Source of the DNA: an uncultured bacterium
Lineage (GTDB): Bacteria; Verrucomicrobiota; Verrucomicrobiia; Limisphaerales; UBA8199
NCBI GenBank assembly: GCA_963749495.1
Contig: CAVVMW010000014.1
Coordinates: 352,001 to 416,000, forward strand
Reading direction: 5' to 3'
DNA: 64,000 nt
Program-made: the position numbers and the translations under genes
Part shown: positions 63,916 to 64,000 of the stretch, piece by piece
Layout: the number at the start of each line of letters is the position of its first letter
How positions within the stretch are numbered: position 1 is the first letter of the stretch
Notes under the pieces: generated by a model
What the model was told of the DNA's origin: nothing
Database searches by the model: none
What the model saw: only the letters and a program-made list of their open reading frames with translations

Positions 63916-64000
63916 CAACGCGCTCGCCGCCCTGTATATCTGGGTCGTCCATCTCCGGCGACCGATGGGCGGCAACGGCAAGGCCAGGCCGGTCGGCCAG

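Larger units (their letters stand above)
30270..64000. mobile_element. Genomic island of decayed integrative elements; right end not in the window
   Basis: Recombinase at the left edge; housekeeping genes and most REPs disappear; many truncated mobile/defence genes; patchy GC. Confidence 0.75.

Overview
GC-rich bacterial window, most likely Verrucomicrobiota (Pedosphaera/Limisphaera-like; inferred from GloVer repeats, C-terminal 'FYRLRWP' surface proteins, Tat-type Gfo/Idh/MocA enzymes and PVC-type palindromic repeats). It has two parts. (1) Positions 1-30.28 kb are core genome: an ExuT-like MFS transporter, two Gfo/Idh/MocA oxidoreductases, MOSC, an FG-GAP/FGE protein, an enlarged rnpB, a GH10-like hydrolase, smc, Uma2, pit+DUF47, a CDF transporter, LD-carboxypeptidase, an APC permease, a molybdo-oxidoreductase pair and rplU-rpmA-obgE. 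Nearly every intergenic gap holds a REP/REPIN/MITE-like palindrome, and one is inserted in frame in the SMC hinge. Several core genes carry single indels that look like read errors. (2) From 30.28 kb to the end is a genomic island. It starts with a large serine recombinase abutting, and apparently rewriting, the 5' end of rplU. The rest is a mosaic of gene fragments (rolling-circle Rep, DUF2791 ATPase, DNA methyltransferase, RecD2, HNH, ISAs1, SMI1) mixed with intact cargo (papain-like protease + chagasin inhibitor, esterases, nitrilase, LRR surface protein, S9 peptidase, DUF72). The island also carries a near-identical 1057-bp inverted duplication 25 kb apart, and several families of unidentified, diverged coding repeats at fragment junctions. 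No CRISPR, tRNA, rRNA or reverse transcriptase was seen. All family calls come from motifs recognised by eye; no searches were run.
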